A stretch of 56,145 bases of DNA, filler included, from Bipalium vagum (taxonomy: Eukaryota), in the NCBI GenBank assembly GCA_037834085.1. It is 3 parts of 3 records of this genome, joined end to end, with 100 filler letters (N's around TTAATTAATTAA, not from the genome) between each part and the next. Parts side by side here need not be neighbours in the genome. Positions count along the whole stretch, not along the records: positions 19,359 to 36,898 come from JBBMKC010061554.1; positions 36,999 to 56,145 come from JBBMKC010008911.1; 1 more part is not named here. The stretch is one strand, 5' to 3'. A program made the position numbers and the translations under genes. The stretch's first letter is position 1. Every line of letters begins with the position of its first letter. The notes beneath the pieces were generated by a model. That model was given only the letters and a program-made list of their open reading frames with translations, was not told where the DNA came from and ran no database searches. Of the stretch, positions 25,812-38,075 are shown piece after piece.

Positions 25812-28800
25812 GATAATTAAAAAGTTACGTAAAATAATAATTAATCATAATTAGGAGCTAAAAGAGTAGGGTGAATTGTGAAAATATAAAAATATAGGAG
25901 CAACCAATGAAATTTTTTCTGTAATATTTCAACATTTTATTAGAGCTTTTAAATCACTTACACTAATGTAACCATTTTAAATAATTCAGGGAAGAAAACT
26001 AAGACAAAAAGGTCATTAGAGCAAAATAATCGAAACGGAAAACTTTTTTCAATAAAAAATGACTGAAGGAGAACAGACAAAAGACAAGTCTTCGCAGAAA
26101 TAATGTTCGCCAATCAACAGGTACGAAAGGTAAGTTGTTTTACTTTTAAAATTTTTGAACTTGGCTCAGGATGTATAATAATAGCAGACAATTGAATCGC
26201 AAACTAAAACGGAACAATGCCTCACAAAAACAAATAAACTTAGATTATTCTATACTGCTGGTTCGAAAATCTTTCATTTCAGGATAGGAACTTTTAACGA
26301 ATACTTTTTATTTGACTCAGTTTTGAACATTCTGTGAAAGTGTCAGGGAATTAGTTAAAAAGACTAACAAAGACCAACCAAGGAAATCCGTTTCTTTCTC
26401 AACTACTTGATTAGTTCGAGACATGTTCCAGTTGAATGTGTCAGAAATTCTACCATCCTATCTCTCGTGTGAAAGCGTGAGTGTTTCTGCGTATGGTGAC
26501 AGTGTTCATATGATTGGTTGAAATGATGTGCAAATCGACCGTTAAATCAACATTTAAATCAATATTCGTTTAAATCAATCAAAAGTGGGGGATTTTTTGT
26601 ATTTCCCGCTGACAAAGTTTCCCTCTTGATTATCCATCATGAAAACTAAACCTTTTTCAAATAAGATTTTTTATTGATTTAATTTATTGATTATCAATTT
26701 ATTTTTAATTTGACATTTTGAGACATTTACATCCGTTTTTTAATGAAAAATAATAATTATCACGAAACGAAAATCAATAATTGATTGGTTGATAATTCGG
26801 TTCATACATTGATCGAAAACAAAAGTAGCCCCGGGTAATTTCCTTTACCAGTGTTTGAAGAAAATGAGTTTTCAAGGTTGACTTTCTCTAAAAGTTGACT
26901 TTTAGCACCGTCGAACACCACAAAAGTGTATTATATGATGTTAATACAGTAGGAAACACTGAATTTATCCAACATTCGAACAGGTTCAAATTAATTCAAG
27001 ATCTTTCAGAGGATAGTAGCACAGCATCATTTAAGATCTTGATAGATTCAGTACTTGTTTCAAAAATGACAGTTGGCAATAATTTCTCGCCGCACAAATT
27101 CCTCTTATTCTGAATCTAGACATTCTCCCACTGACAACATCACTTTTATCAGAGCCAACACTGTCATCACGGGTTTTGTCATCTTCATCAATAAATATTG
27201 CTGTCTCATCCATATTATGAATGTTTTCAATTGGAATTCCATATTCATAGATTATAAATGAAACCCCTGTGAACAATTTCATCATCGGGTGAAGTGCAAA
27301 CTCTTTTTACCTTTCTAAATGCTGACGACTTGCTCTGTTTAAACCCGTTTAACTAACTACAGGATGCTTTAAAATCTTAACTATATACCAACTCACTATA
27401 ATAACATTCTTTTGTCCATTTTATTGTCCACTTTCTGGTAACTTCTTTCGTTCCAATCTTTCATCAACGATTCTTTCTTTTCTTTTCTTTACTTTTCTTC
27501 TACCGCCTATAATTCGGTATCGGTTAGAATTAGTTTCAAGGATTTAATACTTTGTATTAATCCATGCTCTTAACGTCTTCTTGTCAATTTTATTGGTTTT
27601 TGCGATTTCAGAAAGACTTCCACTAAGTCAATGATAAATTATAATTCTTTACTTTTGCTTGTTCATGTCGCTTTTGTACTTTTCTATATAAAAATGTTTC
27701 AACGATATTATAAAAATAAAATTGACATTTATTGACGTAAAATTGGCAAATCGAACACACACTTAATTATCTAAAGGTATTTATGCCGCGTATTTGAAGA
27801 TTTTTAATAATTATTTTAGTTCAGAAATTTTTGAAAAAATAGAGGAGTGGGGAATTATTTGAAATTTTGGAGTACATAGATATAAAGTATTAATAATATT
27901 TTATTTAATAATTATTTAAGATTTTTCCTTGATAATTTTTCTTTAATTATTTTCTTTAATAAGCCAATAAATATCAACTTATTAGTCTTAGTATTTATTT
28001 TTTTACTTTTTTTTATTAAAATTATTTAATATTTTCGTTTATTATTTCTTATATTCGATTATTATTTATTGATTTTCTTATTGGTTTAATAATTATTAAT
28101 TTAAATAATGATAATTAAATATTATTATTAGTTTATTTATTATTTTAATATCAACTTAATTCACATTATTATTATTATTAAATAATTTTTCCAATATTTT
28201 ATCAAAGTTAAATTGATTGAGACATTAATAAATTTATGTGATGGGTCATTAAATTTTTTAGAAGATTCAAATGATTTATTATCATCATAATAGTATTAAA
28301 ATTAATTAATAAACTAATTAATATTATTAGTTATTTATTTTATATTTATAATATTGGAAAAATAATCAATATGTTATCATTATTAATTTTGTAATAATGA
28401 TTTATAATTTTTAAAATAAATCTTTAAGAGTTCGATAAATGTTGATGAATAACGTTTTTAAAGGTTGAAATAATTTTCATAATTAACAATTTTAATTATA
28501 AAATATTAATTGATTAATGATAATTAATATAAGTGAAATATCGATGTTAATATTCAAACTTTAAGCAGACACGATCAAAAAAGTTAATTTTTTTATTTCA
28601 CACTGAAATAACATTTACATGTGAAATGAAATTTTATTTTATCTTGTAAAATGATTATTATCATATTTATTTAAAGAAAAAAATAGGAAAATCTGAAAAT
28701 CTCCCCACCAGCCGGCAGTACTGACACATGTAATTTATAGTGGGGATCGATGGATTACGGATTCGACTGAGCGATACAATCAACTTTTTTGACAGAATGG

Positions 28801-31800
28801 ATTATTTTGGACTTCTAGGGATGAAAAATGATGAATGAAATGGAAAAGACCACTGTATATATTTATGATCATTATTATCTCTCAATTAAACCGAATCGGT
28901 TTGATTTTCGAGAAAAACGGGAAAAAATCAAGAAAATGGAAAATAAAAAGTTGAAATCAAATAAAATATCTTTTGTAAAATTATAAAGTAATAATTATTA
29001 ATTATTACAGCCCTTTAATTTTTATTGAAAACTGCATTTTTATTGATTACATATTTCAAATTTATTGAACACATTTCATTTTTATAATAAGTTTAATTAT
29101 TAGAATAAATGACAAAAAATAATTCTCAGAATCGAGAAACAAGAAAATTAGTTATTGGAGAAACGTTAACCGTGTTTATTATAATAATCGTATTAAAAGT
29201 ATGTATACCTTTTTAAAACCAATCAAAAACAGAATTTAATTAAGATTTTATTAAATGATAAATATTAGATTGATTGCATAAGTTTGCTCGTTTTTTTCAA
29301 ATGAGTTTATTGTTCCAATTCTGGTTACATTAAGCAAAGTATTATGAATGTTTTGAAAGCTAATTATCCATTGTATATTATTTTGTTTTACTGAACTAAT
29401 TTAAAATATTTACTTTGCGGATATTTTAAATTGAACTATGGAATTTATTGATAAAGATGTACATTACAGACATCTGATGCTTTTTGCCTACAGTCGTGGT
29501 TGTAAAGCTGATCAAGCGGCTCTGTGAGTTATATGGTAAAGGTATCATAAGTGCGCGGCAGCTTTGGAAAATTTAAGGGTGATAAATTTTCACTACAAGA
29601 CGAAATAAATTCTGGGCGACCAACTGATTTGATGAAGAGCATTTAAACGAAATTTTAAATAAGATTATGAAAATTTTTGGAATTTATGTTAAAAAAAATA
29701 AAAGAAATCGGATCAATCTCCATCCAGATATCCGTTTGTGGTATCATTGATATATAATAATAAATATATAATGATAATAATTTTTATTTAGTTACAAAAT
29801 TTTTTAAAAGTTTTAAACCAGTTATATTTTAAAAATTATTAAATAAATAAATAAAATAAAAATTATTATTTAGTTTTGGCTAAAATATTTATTAAAAAAA
29901 TTATGATAAATAATTAAAAATAATTAAAAAATATATTTACTAAATTCTAAATTTAATAAAAAAATTATTATTATTAAAATTATTTAATTATATTAAAACA
30001 AAAATGACAATGAGATTAAATATAAAATTGAAATTATAATTATTTGAAAATAAAAATGTATTCCATCAGAAAAAGATAAAGGTTAACAAAAAATATGGAT
30101 CGTTTAAGTCTGGCAATCACATGATTGGTTAGATAAAGTGATTGTCAGATCTAACAGCATCATTTTGTGATTGTCAGATTTAATTGGTATTTAAATGGAT
30201 CTATTAAATTTCTTATTATGTACTATGGATCCTTCATTTTTACATAGGCTATGTTTATTCAATGATATTGAATTTTTCAACTGGCTTACCGAAAAACAAT
30301 TAATGAAATGTGAGAACATTTTTTTTGCTTGTAAGGGTTTGGTCGCTTAGGCACAATGAGACCAAAATAAACATATTTAATATTACATTTCTGACATTTT
30401 TGGTATGATAGCCTTTTGTTTTAATTGACACCGAATGATTTCACTTAACTTTTATAAAATATTTTGAATTTTTAATATAATAATAGAATAATATTATTAG
30501 CAATAATAAAATATAATAATCACAATAATAATAATAATAATAAATAAAAATAATAAGTTATACGTCAAATCGACTTGGTCATTAATCAAAAATTTTATTT
30601 AATTTTTTAAAGTTTTTAATTAGTTAAATTAAATTTTCAAAAATGTCTTAAATCAATACGTTTTATTCACTGAAAAAATTGATTTCCTTTATTTTTGGAA
30701 ATTTATTAATTTTCGCACTTCAAAATAGTAAGATGGGATATTTTTTCCTTTCGTGCCCATTAACACCAAAGGCTTCAAAACTACAATGTATTTATTGCAC
30801 AGTCAATCTAACATCAATTTCCATTATTTCTTATGTATTGTCAAAACACTGGCAGATTTCCAATTATTTTCAATTTGTGGCTCAATTTCTACGGAGACAA
30901 TTTTTACTAATTAAGAACACATGAAAAATCTATCAGGTGCTTCTTTGATTCAATATAAAAAGATTTCTTTAAATCTGGAATTTATGCATTGCCAAAACGT
31001 ATTTTGATAATCAATATATCTCTAGACCTTCTCTCAGTTAATCTGAACAGTAAAGACCTCTATAAGGAAATTACATGTCCATTGCACTAACTAAAATAAA
31101 ATCGGGAAATATCCCATTTTCCAAAGATATTAAACTGAGTCAAAATAAACCACAAAAAAATTGTATAATAATATTAAGAAGAAAATTAATTATTTTCTAA
31201 ACATTGATGTAAAACCGTAGAGAAAACCGAGGACCACTTGTCAATGGAGTGTTATTAAAAGTGACAAAAGAAGAAAGGGCAGATAAGCGATTGCACAATG
31301 CGACAGTGATGATGTTTTGTTTATTGAAATAATGGCATTAAAAAACTCGTTTCGCTGTTTGAGAGAAAAGTTGGGATTTTATCCTGTGGACAAAAAGTCA
31401 AACAAAAGGAAATTATTGATATTAAAATCTGAGTCCGAATCAATAAATCATTTCGTAATAATTGGTAAGAAATTAATATTTCGATTTTTGAATGTAAAAA
31501 AATCAATAACAAGAAGTTAGCGTTAGTTATTTAGATTTTTGAAATTATTGATTTTTTACGTTCCCCGTTTTACAGAACAGTGAGAATTTACTTCCGCCTT
31601 CACACTAGTGACATTCTCTACAGAAGAAATTTAGTTTCCGAAAATTGTTTGTTAAGAAAATCAATGAAAGAAAAGATTCTGTATCTTTGTCTATGAAAAA
31701 AAAATTCGTTTAAACATTTTACAAAAGAATGTGAAAGAATATGAATGTCAGAAAAGCCACGAAAATCGATTTAGATAACAATTGATACTACTAATTAACA

Positions 31801-34800
31801 ATAATGATTAATTTAAAATAATCATTAAAACTTTAAATAATTGATTATAATAAAAAAAATAAAAATGATAATTAACTATATTAATACTAATAAATATAAA
31901 AATAATTATTATAAAATGAAAAGTAAATAATAAAAAATATTATTAGTTAAATTGATAATAATAAATAATAATAGAATAAATTTAATAAAAATTTTTATAA
32001 TTAAAATAAAAATAAATTAAAACGAGAATTTAATTATAATTATAATTATAATCATAATAATTCATATAAATATTGAGACCAATTTGAGACCACGATGGAA
32101 AAGTTAAGTTAAATTATCTCTCTTTCACTGCTTACCACACCTAGGACCACGAATAAAGCTGGAATTTTAGAACAAATGGAAGTTGGAGCTTCAGAAACAT
32201 GTTGGGAGATTCAGCGGTCATTTTGGCGGTTAACTTCTATGTCCAGAATGAAAATTCTTTTGTCAGAGAGGAATGTGAGGAAACCAAAACTTTCGTGCTT
32301 CAAATCATTCACCAAGACTGTTGCTTCCATTTGAAAGTGATTATATGTCTTAAATGTTTTATGTTAAAATAGAAAAATAAAAGATTTGTTGAAATATTCC
32401 GATATTTCAAAGTCCAAATTCTTTATAACAATTCTTAGGTTTTCCAAAATTTGATAAGCTAGTAGATCATTGTGTACCAGCATGAAAATAACAGACCATA
32501 CACATCTTTGAAGTCCCGGTAAAGATTGAACGCGTTTGGCTGGGAAATAATGGTGTATCTGCCTTACAGCCTGTTGTGATGAAGTAAAGTAGACCGTGCA
32601 ACTCACTAGTGGAAAGTCAAATTCTCAATCATTGCCCTAGTTGTCGAAGTCATCCAACTCCCAAACATAAGGATTTCTTTTCATGTGGACATAATTTAGA
32701 TATCGATAAGGATTAGAGTCCTTTAGATTTCAATCCACCATTTGACCGGACTTAACAATTAGAATCACTACCATTGATTGAATTTTCATTATTGATTTTA
32801 AGGTCTCGTATGACGATTATTTAAATTTCACTAACAATAATTCTCGTAACAGTCAAAATAGCAAATTTAGCATCAGAAATGGGGATTGCAACACATTGCT
32901 TAGTTAAGAGTGATCTTATCAATATAGAGTACTTTGGATCATTAAACCCTGATAATGACAAGTATCTTAGGTATCTAAATGCTTGCCATTTATGAAAATA
33001 TTTATATACCATGTCTGAAATAGATTTATTCATTTTTTCATTAATTAAGCCAATAGTCAACATCCAATTGGACATTCTTTCAATGATGAGAGGACATTCA
33101 AGACTTCTGATAGTTACAAGAAGATCCAGTCACCAAAAGCCCCTCCAGGACCTGTACAATTAAAAAACAAAAATGGGAAAAAGAGGTGTTATCTATTCCA
33201 TTGGTCGGGATCTGTAAAAAATCTACATATACAAACTGCGAAAAAAACTTATTAACAATTATATGGATGATCGTGATCTTTTTCTAATCCTTTGTGATGA
33301 TTTGTCTGCCTTTTTATAACTAAATATTTTGCATTCGGCTCAATGTTTAACCAAAAGACTCAAAATATCTTTCATTCATGAAACTATGACTCAATCTGAA
33401 AACTGGCAAAGATTATCGATTTAAAAGTTGCACGGTTTTAATAAAGTACGAAAATAAATTTTCAACTCATCTAATACTCATAAAAATAATATTGACCAAT
33501 AAAGGTAATAATAAAATAAGGAAATTAATTAATTGAAAATAAATATTTTTATAAAAACATTGATAAATAATGATTAAAAAGATAATATTATTGACATGAT
33601 AGTGATAATGATAATAATTATAATCTAGGATAAAATTAAGTGCAATAATTTTTATAAAAATATACTGACAATATATAAAATAATAATAATAATATTAGTA
33701 ATAATAATAAAACAATTTAATCTAAATAAAAAATAATTAAAGTATATGGGTAAATAATAATAAAAAATAATAATAAATTCATCAACAATAACAGTAATAA
33801 AAATTATTTAATATTAAAATTAATTCAATATTGCCAATAATAATAATAATAATAAATAATATAATATATATAATAATAAAAATATTGGTTGATAATAAAA
33901 AAGAAAAATATCTATAAGAAAATCATCAAAATAATAGTGATAATAGAAAATATATTATTACTAAAATAAATATAATAATGTAACTATTCCTAATAATAAT
34001 TATTTAAAGTAAATTTCCCATTAAAATTATATTAAAAGATAATAAATAAAATTTAATTAGATGCAATTAAGAAAAAAAGGATTAAAACAAATTTTATTTT
34101 AAAAATAATCAATAAAATATTTATTTTCATTAATAATAATGATAATTATTTATGTTAAATAATAAAGTCTTGGCTTCATTGTTATCCCATTGTTATTTGT
34201 CACTGTTTTCATTAATTATTCCTCACATTTCTATTATTATGCCACTGACACTTCTCTGACAAAATTATTTATAATTAATCGCTTTTAATTTCATAATGAA
34301 ACGACGAATAAAAAAAGTACTTTTCCTTTTGAATATTATTAAATAAATTAATATATCTCATTAATTAAATATGAACGATTTGTTATCGATTGAAATATCA
34401 GCGAAATATGATATAGAAATATTATATATTGATCATTTAATGATTGAATATTATTATTTTATGGAACAATATTATTTTTGGTCATTTTTACGTTATGAAA
34501 TAAAATTCTAACAAAAACTAATGGAAAAAAGAGAAAATATCGAAATCCAGAATATTTTTCACGACTCAGTCAAACTTACCTGGGGCATGGTGTCGGCCAT
34601 TTGTTTCTGTAAAGACGTTTTTTCTTTTTCACATTCTTCTAACTTGTTTTGAGTAACGATCAAATATTCCTGCACCTCTCTCAAACCTTCCATCAGCCGG
34701 TCTCGTTCGTCGAGCATGCTCAAAAGCATCTCTTCAACATTGGTACCTTCGACGCTAATTTGAGAATCGCGCTCACCCTGTCAAATACAATACACATGTT

Positions 34801-35107
34801 TATGAAATCTTTATTATGAATTATATTATGTCAGTTTCTCTGCTTTTCCATGGCGCAATAAAAGCGAGAAAGAAAATTTATTCGTTCAGAAATAATTCTG
34901 TTTTAAAATTTGATGTCAATTACAAATCTCTTTCAAAAATGAAAACAAAGGCAAAAATTAATGGTGGAGAAAATCGATTTTTCAATGATAAATAAAAATT
35001 GTGCAATGTGACATTATATTATAGTTTTGATATTGAAAAACATATCAATTTCAAATAACCTGAGAATTAGCGTCCTCAGAAATCGTTGGCATTACATCGC
35101 ATATCAT
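20793..35107 (-). CDS. PPFIA: Liprin-alpha (PPFIA/SYD-2 family), 5' part only; coding exons 35107-35060, 34777-34580, 20894-20793
   Basis: Three phase-0 GT-AG-bounded exons translate [16 protein letters not shown] / GERDSQ...[22 protein letters not shown]...MPQ / [34 protein letters not shown]. This is the conserved liprin-alpha N-terminus (MMCEVMPTISE; MLDERDRL; [10 protein letters not shown]). Introns are 282 and 13,685 nt. Confidence 0.95.
21960..22800 (+). mobile_element. Decayed mariner transposase
   Basis: [13 protein letters not shown] (WVPK-like), IITADET (first catalytic D), [15 protein letters not shown] (YSPDLAPSDF), C-terminal [12 protein letters not shown]. Confidence 0.85.
22811..23390 (+). 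mobile_element. 5' half of a second mariner family inserted at TA
   Basis: TA followed by TIR ttaggttgttcggaaagtcacttcgttttt. Transposase start [19 protein letters not shown] and [12 protein letters not shown] (WVPHEL region). Ends in an (ATT)n tract. Confidence 0.85.
26840..27700 (-). mobile_element. pogo/Tigger-like (CENP-B HTH + DDE_1) transposase remnant
   Basis: Minus-strand DFKASCS*LNGFKQ (FKASxGWLxxFK) near 27360 and [10 protein letters not shown] (NxDET) in ORF 27031-27285. Confidence 0.8.
29265..29670 (+). mobile_element. mariner 5' fragment
   Basis: TIR-like tattagattgattgcataagttt. Transposase start [24 protein letters not shown], then FSLQDE..SGRP. Confidence 0.75.
32110..32330 (-). 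mobile_element. Tc1/mariner-superfamily fragment of maT (DD37D) type
   Basis: Minus strand [21 protein letters not shown]...[15 protein letters not shown] matches the FSDEKxF...NxQNDR...KxPxxVMV pattern. Confidence 0.65.
33170..33476 (+). mobile_element. mariner 3' remnant with right TIR
   Basis: WQ.IID-like C-terminus near 33405. Terminal ...aaattttcaactcatctaa followed by TA resembles the TIR-like sequence at ~14275. Confidence 0.5.
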
Positions 35108-36598
35108 TTTTCTACCATTTATTTCGATGTTGACAGTTCGAAAGAGGATTAGTTGAAAATTTCAATCGCTGAGCACTGGTGATAATTTAAAATTACAATT
35201 TAAAACACCGCTGTGAAAATAAATATATTGATGTTTTTTATTAATTAAAAGAAAAATCACAAATTATTACGATGTCAATAAAATCATTGATTGAAAATAT
35301 CCTGGAAATATTGGAACATTTTTTATTATTTACTATAAATTAATTTATTTGTTATTTATTATTTGTTGGTGAAAAATAATTTTAAAGTATTACAATATTA
35401 AATGTAAGTCACAACACAAGTGTTCATTAAATGTTAAGACTAACACATGTTAAATAACTTAAATCCAGGACCATTTGATAAACATAAATAAAAATTTATA
35501 ATTTTTATTGTCACTTTTGCTTATCACGATACATTTTTATTTATTGAATAGTATGGTTTAAAATCAAATTAAAATTATAATACAGAAATAGGAAATAAAT
35601 AAATCAATTTTTTCATAAATCATTATTACTATACTTTGGGCAGACACAAATCTTATTTTACTTCGTGCGCTCTGTTATGTTTGATAATTATGGTGATGCA
35701 CCAGTAATTCCAAACTAACTACTGGATAGGTCGAGATTGTGGAATAAGTATATGTCCTCGAAAGGTCATAATGTAGATGATTACCCAGTCACCAATCAAG
35801 TCATTTTTCTTGCTGGGTTTTTCTTGATATACATGGAACACATTTCAGGTGTCATTGTGATTTAGAAATAGGAAGATTTTCAATTTTAACTTTTATTATA
35901 TTAAAAACACATGTCATGATTCAGAATGGCATTTTCGTCCAGTAACCACAGCCTTCTAAAGAGATCATGGTCGTCGTACAACTTCCTCTTTTTGGTATTC
36001 TCATGTTTAGGGAAGTTCTATCTTCAATAAAACCCGAAAGTGAATCAGAGCTCATCTGGTATACCCGTAGTCCATCGTTCGATGTTAAAAGGGTTTTTAA
36101 GTGGATCAACCTAAAAATTACTTACTTCCTAATTATTACAATTGTATTGGTTAAAACATTACAAGAAAATGGTATTTAATTAATCTTTGCAATTTCTTAC
36201 ACCGTATGTCTCTTTTAATCTTAATCCACCATATTTTTCATTTGAAGAAAATCCCAATTCCATTTCACACTCCTCTACGTATTCACAATACAATTTAAAT
36301 CTTTACATTCCGAACAAAATATGTTCAACAAAAATTACTTAAAAGGAAAAGCACATTAAATTTCACATTTTAACATTTTTCTGCATTATATCAAAATCAA
36401 TCTTTTGTTGAGCTTTCAGTTCATTTTCTTTTACAATGATTAGGGCAACCAAAAAATATATTTTGAAAATCATTAAATGTGCATATAACATGGTAAAAAA
36501 ATTACAAAACATACTGGAAAATTTACTAGATGCGCTTTTTAAAAAGAAATAAACCAAAAAATAATATAAGCAGTCAATAAATTTTATTCAGAACAATG

Positions 36599-36652
<54 letters not shown>

Positions 36653-36898
36653 TGTTGGGATCTACGATAAAATCCGTAGTCAACCTCACTCAACCAATAT
36701 AAATTTCCAAGACAAAGGTTACAAAAACAGAAAAAAGCACTGTGAGCATTTAAACTGATTTCTAATTTTTGAATTTTAAAATTGTGCCATAATTATTAAA
36801 TTTTAATTTATTTTAAAATTAATTTTAATATTTATTTTAAAATAATTTTTATTTTAATATTTAATGGCACAATATATTGATTTCGTAAGAATGGAAAA

Positions 36899-36998
36899 NN
36901 NNNNNNNNNNNNNNNNNNNNNNNNNNNNNNNNNNNNNNNNNNTTAATTAATTAANNNNNNNNNNNNNNNNNNNNNNNNNNNNNNNNNNNNNNNNNNNN
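36899..36998. other. Second assembly gap with artificial linker
   Basis: N44-TTAATTAATTAA-N44, 100 nt. Confidence 0.97.
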
Positions 36999-37148
36999 TA
37001 TGCTGTGCATTTGGTGGGACTACCTGGGAGTGGTCTACTATGAGTTCCTGAAACCGGGTGAAACAGTCACATCTGGAAGGTACCAAAGTCAGTTGAGTCG
37101 TTTGACAGAGGTGCTTGAACAAGAGACCATTTAGTGGCAAAGGAACCA
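36999..37148 (+). mobile_element. mariner transposase fragment at contig edge
   Basis: MLCIWWDYLGVVYYEFLKPGETVTSGRYQSQLSRL. Confidence 0.9.
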
Positions 37149-37630
37149 TATATATCTTGTTTACTAATGTTAATCATTTAAAGTAGCTAGCTTAAATTTC
37201 AAGTAAATTATTTCAATTATTATCTCTCTTTGTATTTTATTGTCACCCTGCAATTTCCAAAGTTCGGTAAATGTAATTATAATGAACTATGCAGAAATTG
37301 TTTCATTTATACCATAAAAAATTTTTTTATAAAGATAACATCAATTTTCTGATATTTTTGTTTCGTATGATAATAAACAATGTTATTTTGTTAAATTTTT
37401 AAATTTTAACTGATTTTCAATTGTAAAATATTAGTAATTATAATTGAGTTTTTTAATGAATATTTGTATCTTATTCGATATACCTAGAGCATTGTGTTTT
37501 AAATGATTAATTTAACTTCAAAGTAATATTAATTCTTAGCTTCACTTTTGTAACGATAGGTATGTTGATTAAATTTAACTAAAGTGATCACTATCAAGGT
37601 AGCTGCACTCCCATAAAACTCCTCTTTATA

Positions 37631-37688
37631 AAAAAATTAATTTGTAAGTCTGGATTCTAAAAAAATTAATTTGTAAGTCTGGATTCTA
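37631..37688. repeat. Perfect 29-bp tandem duplication
   Basis: aaaaaattaatttgtaagtctggattcta occurs twice in tandem. Confidence 0.95.
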
Positions 37689-38075
37689 AAACAATTGTAT
37701 AAGATAATAAATATTAAATTCATAAATATTAAATTAATCTTGACAAAAGAGCTGCAGTGAAATCGAATTTCAACCGAATATTTAATAAATGTTTCCTTAT
37801 GCTTACTATTAAAAATATCTTATTTTTGTTTTTGCGATATTTTTTCAATCAACAATTTTATATTAATTAAGATAAAAAGCAAAAAAAGGTAAGTTCAATG
37901 CTATAGAAATAATATTATAAAAGTTATTACATATTAAATTAAATGCTTTGTTTTATTTGATAAAAGTTATATATAATTTACGGACTTGCCTTTAAATTTT
38001 CTTCAATGATTAATATAACTAATATTTATCATTTATTTATGCATGAACTAAAATTATAAAACTGAAACAGTAATA

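Noticed and set aside
26058-26136. Plus-strand mini-exon (MFANQQVRK|gtaagt) as a distant first exon of PHLDB
   Set aside because: No homology support, lies across an assembly gap, and its phase does not fit PHLDB exon 2.
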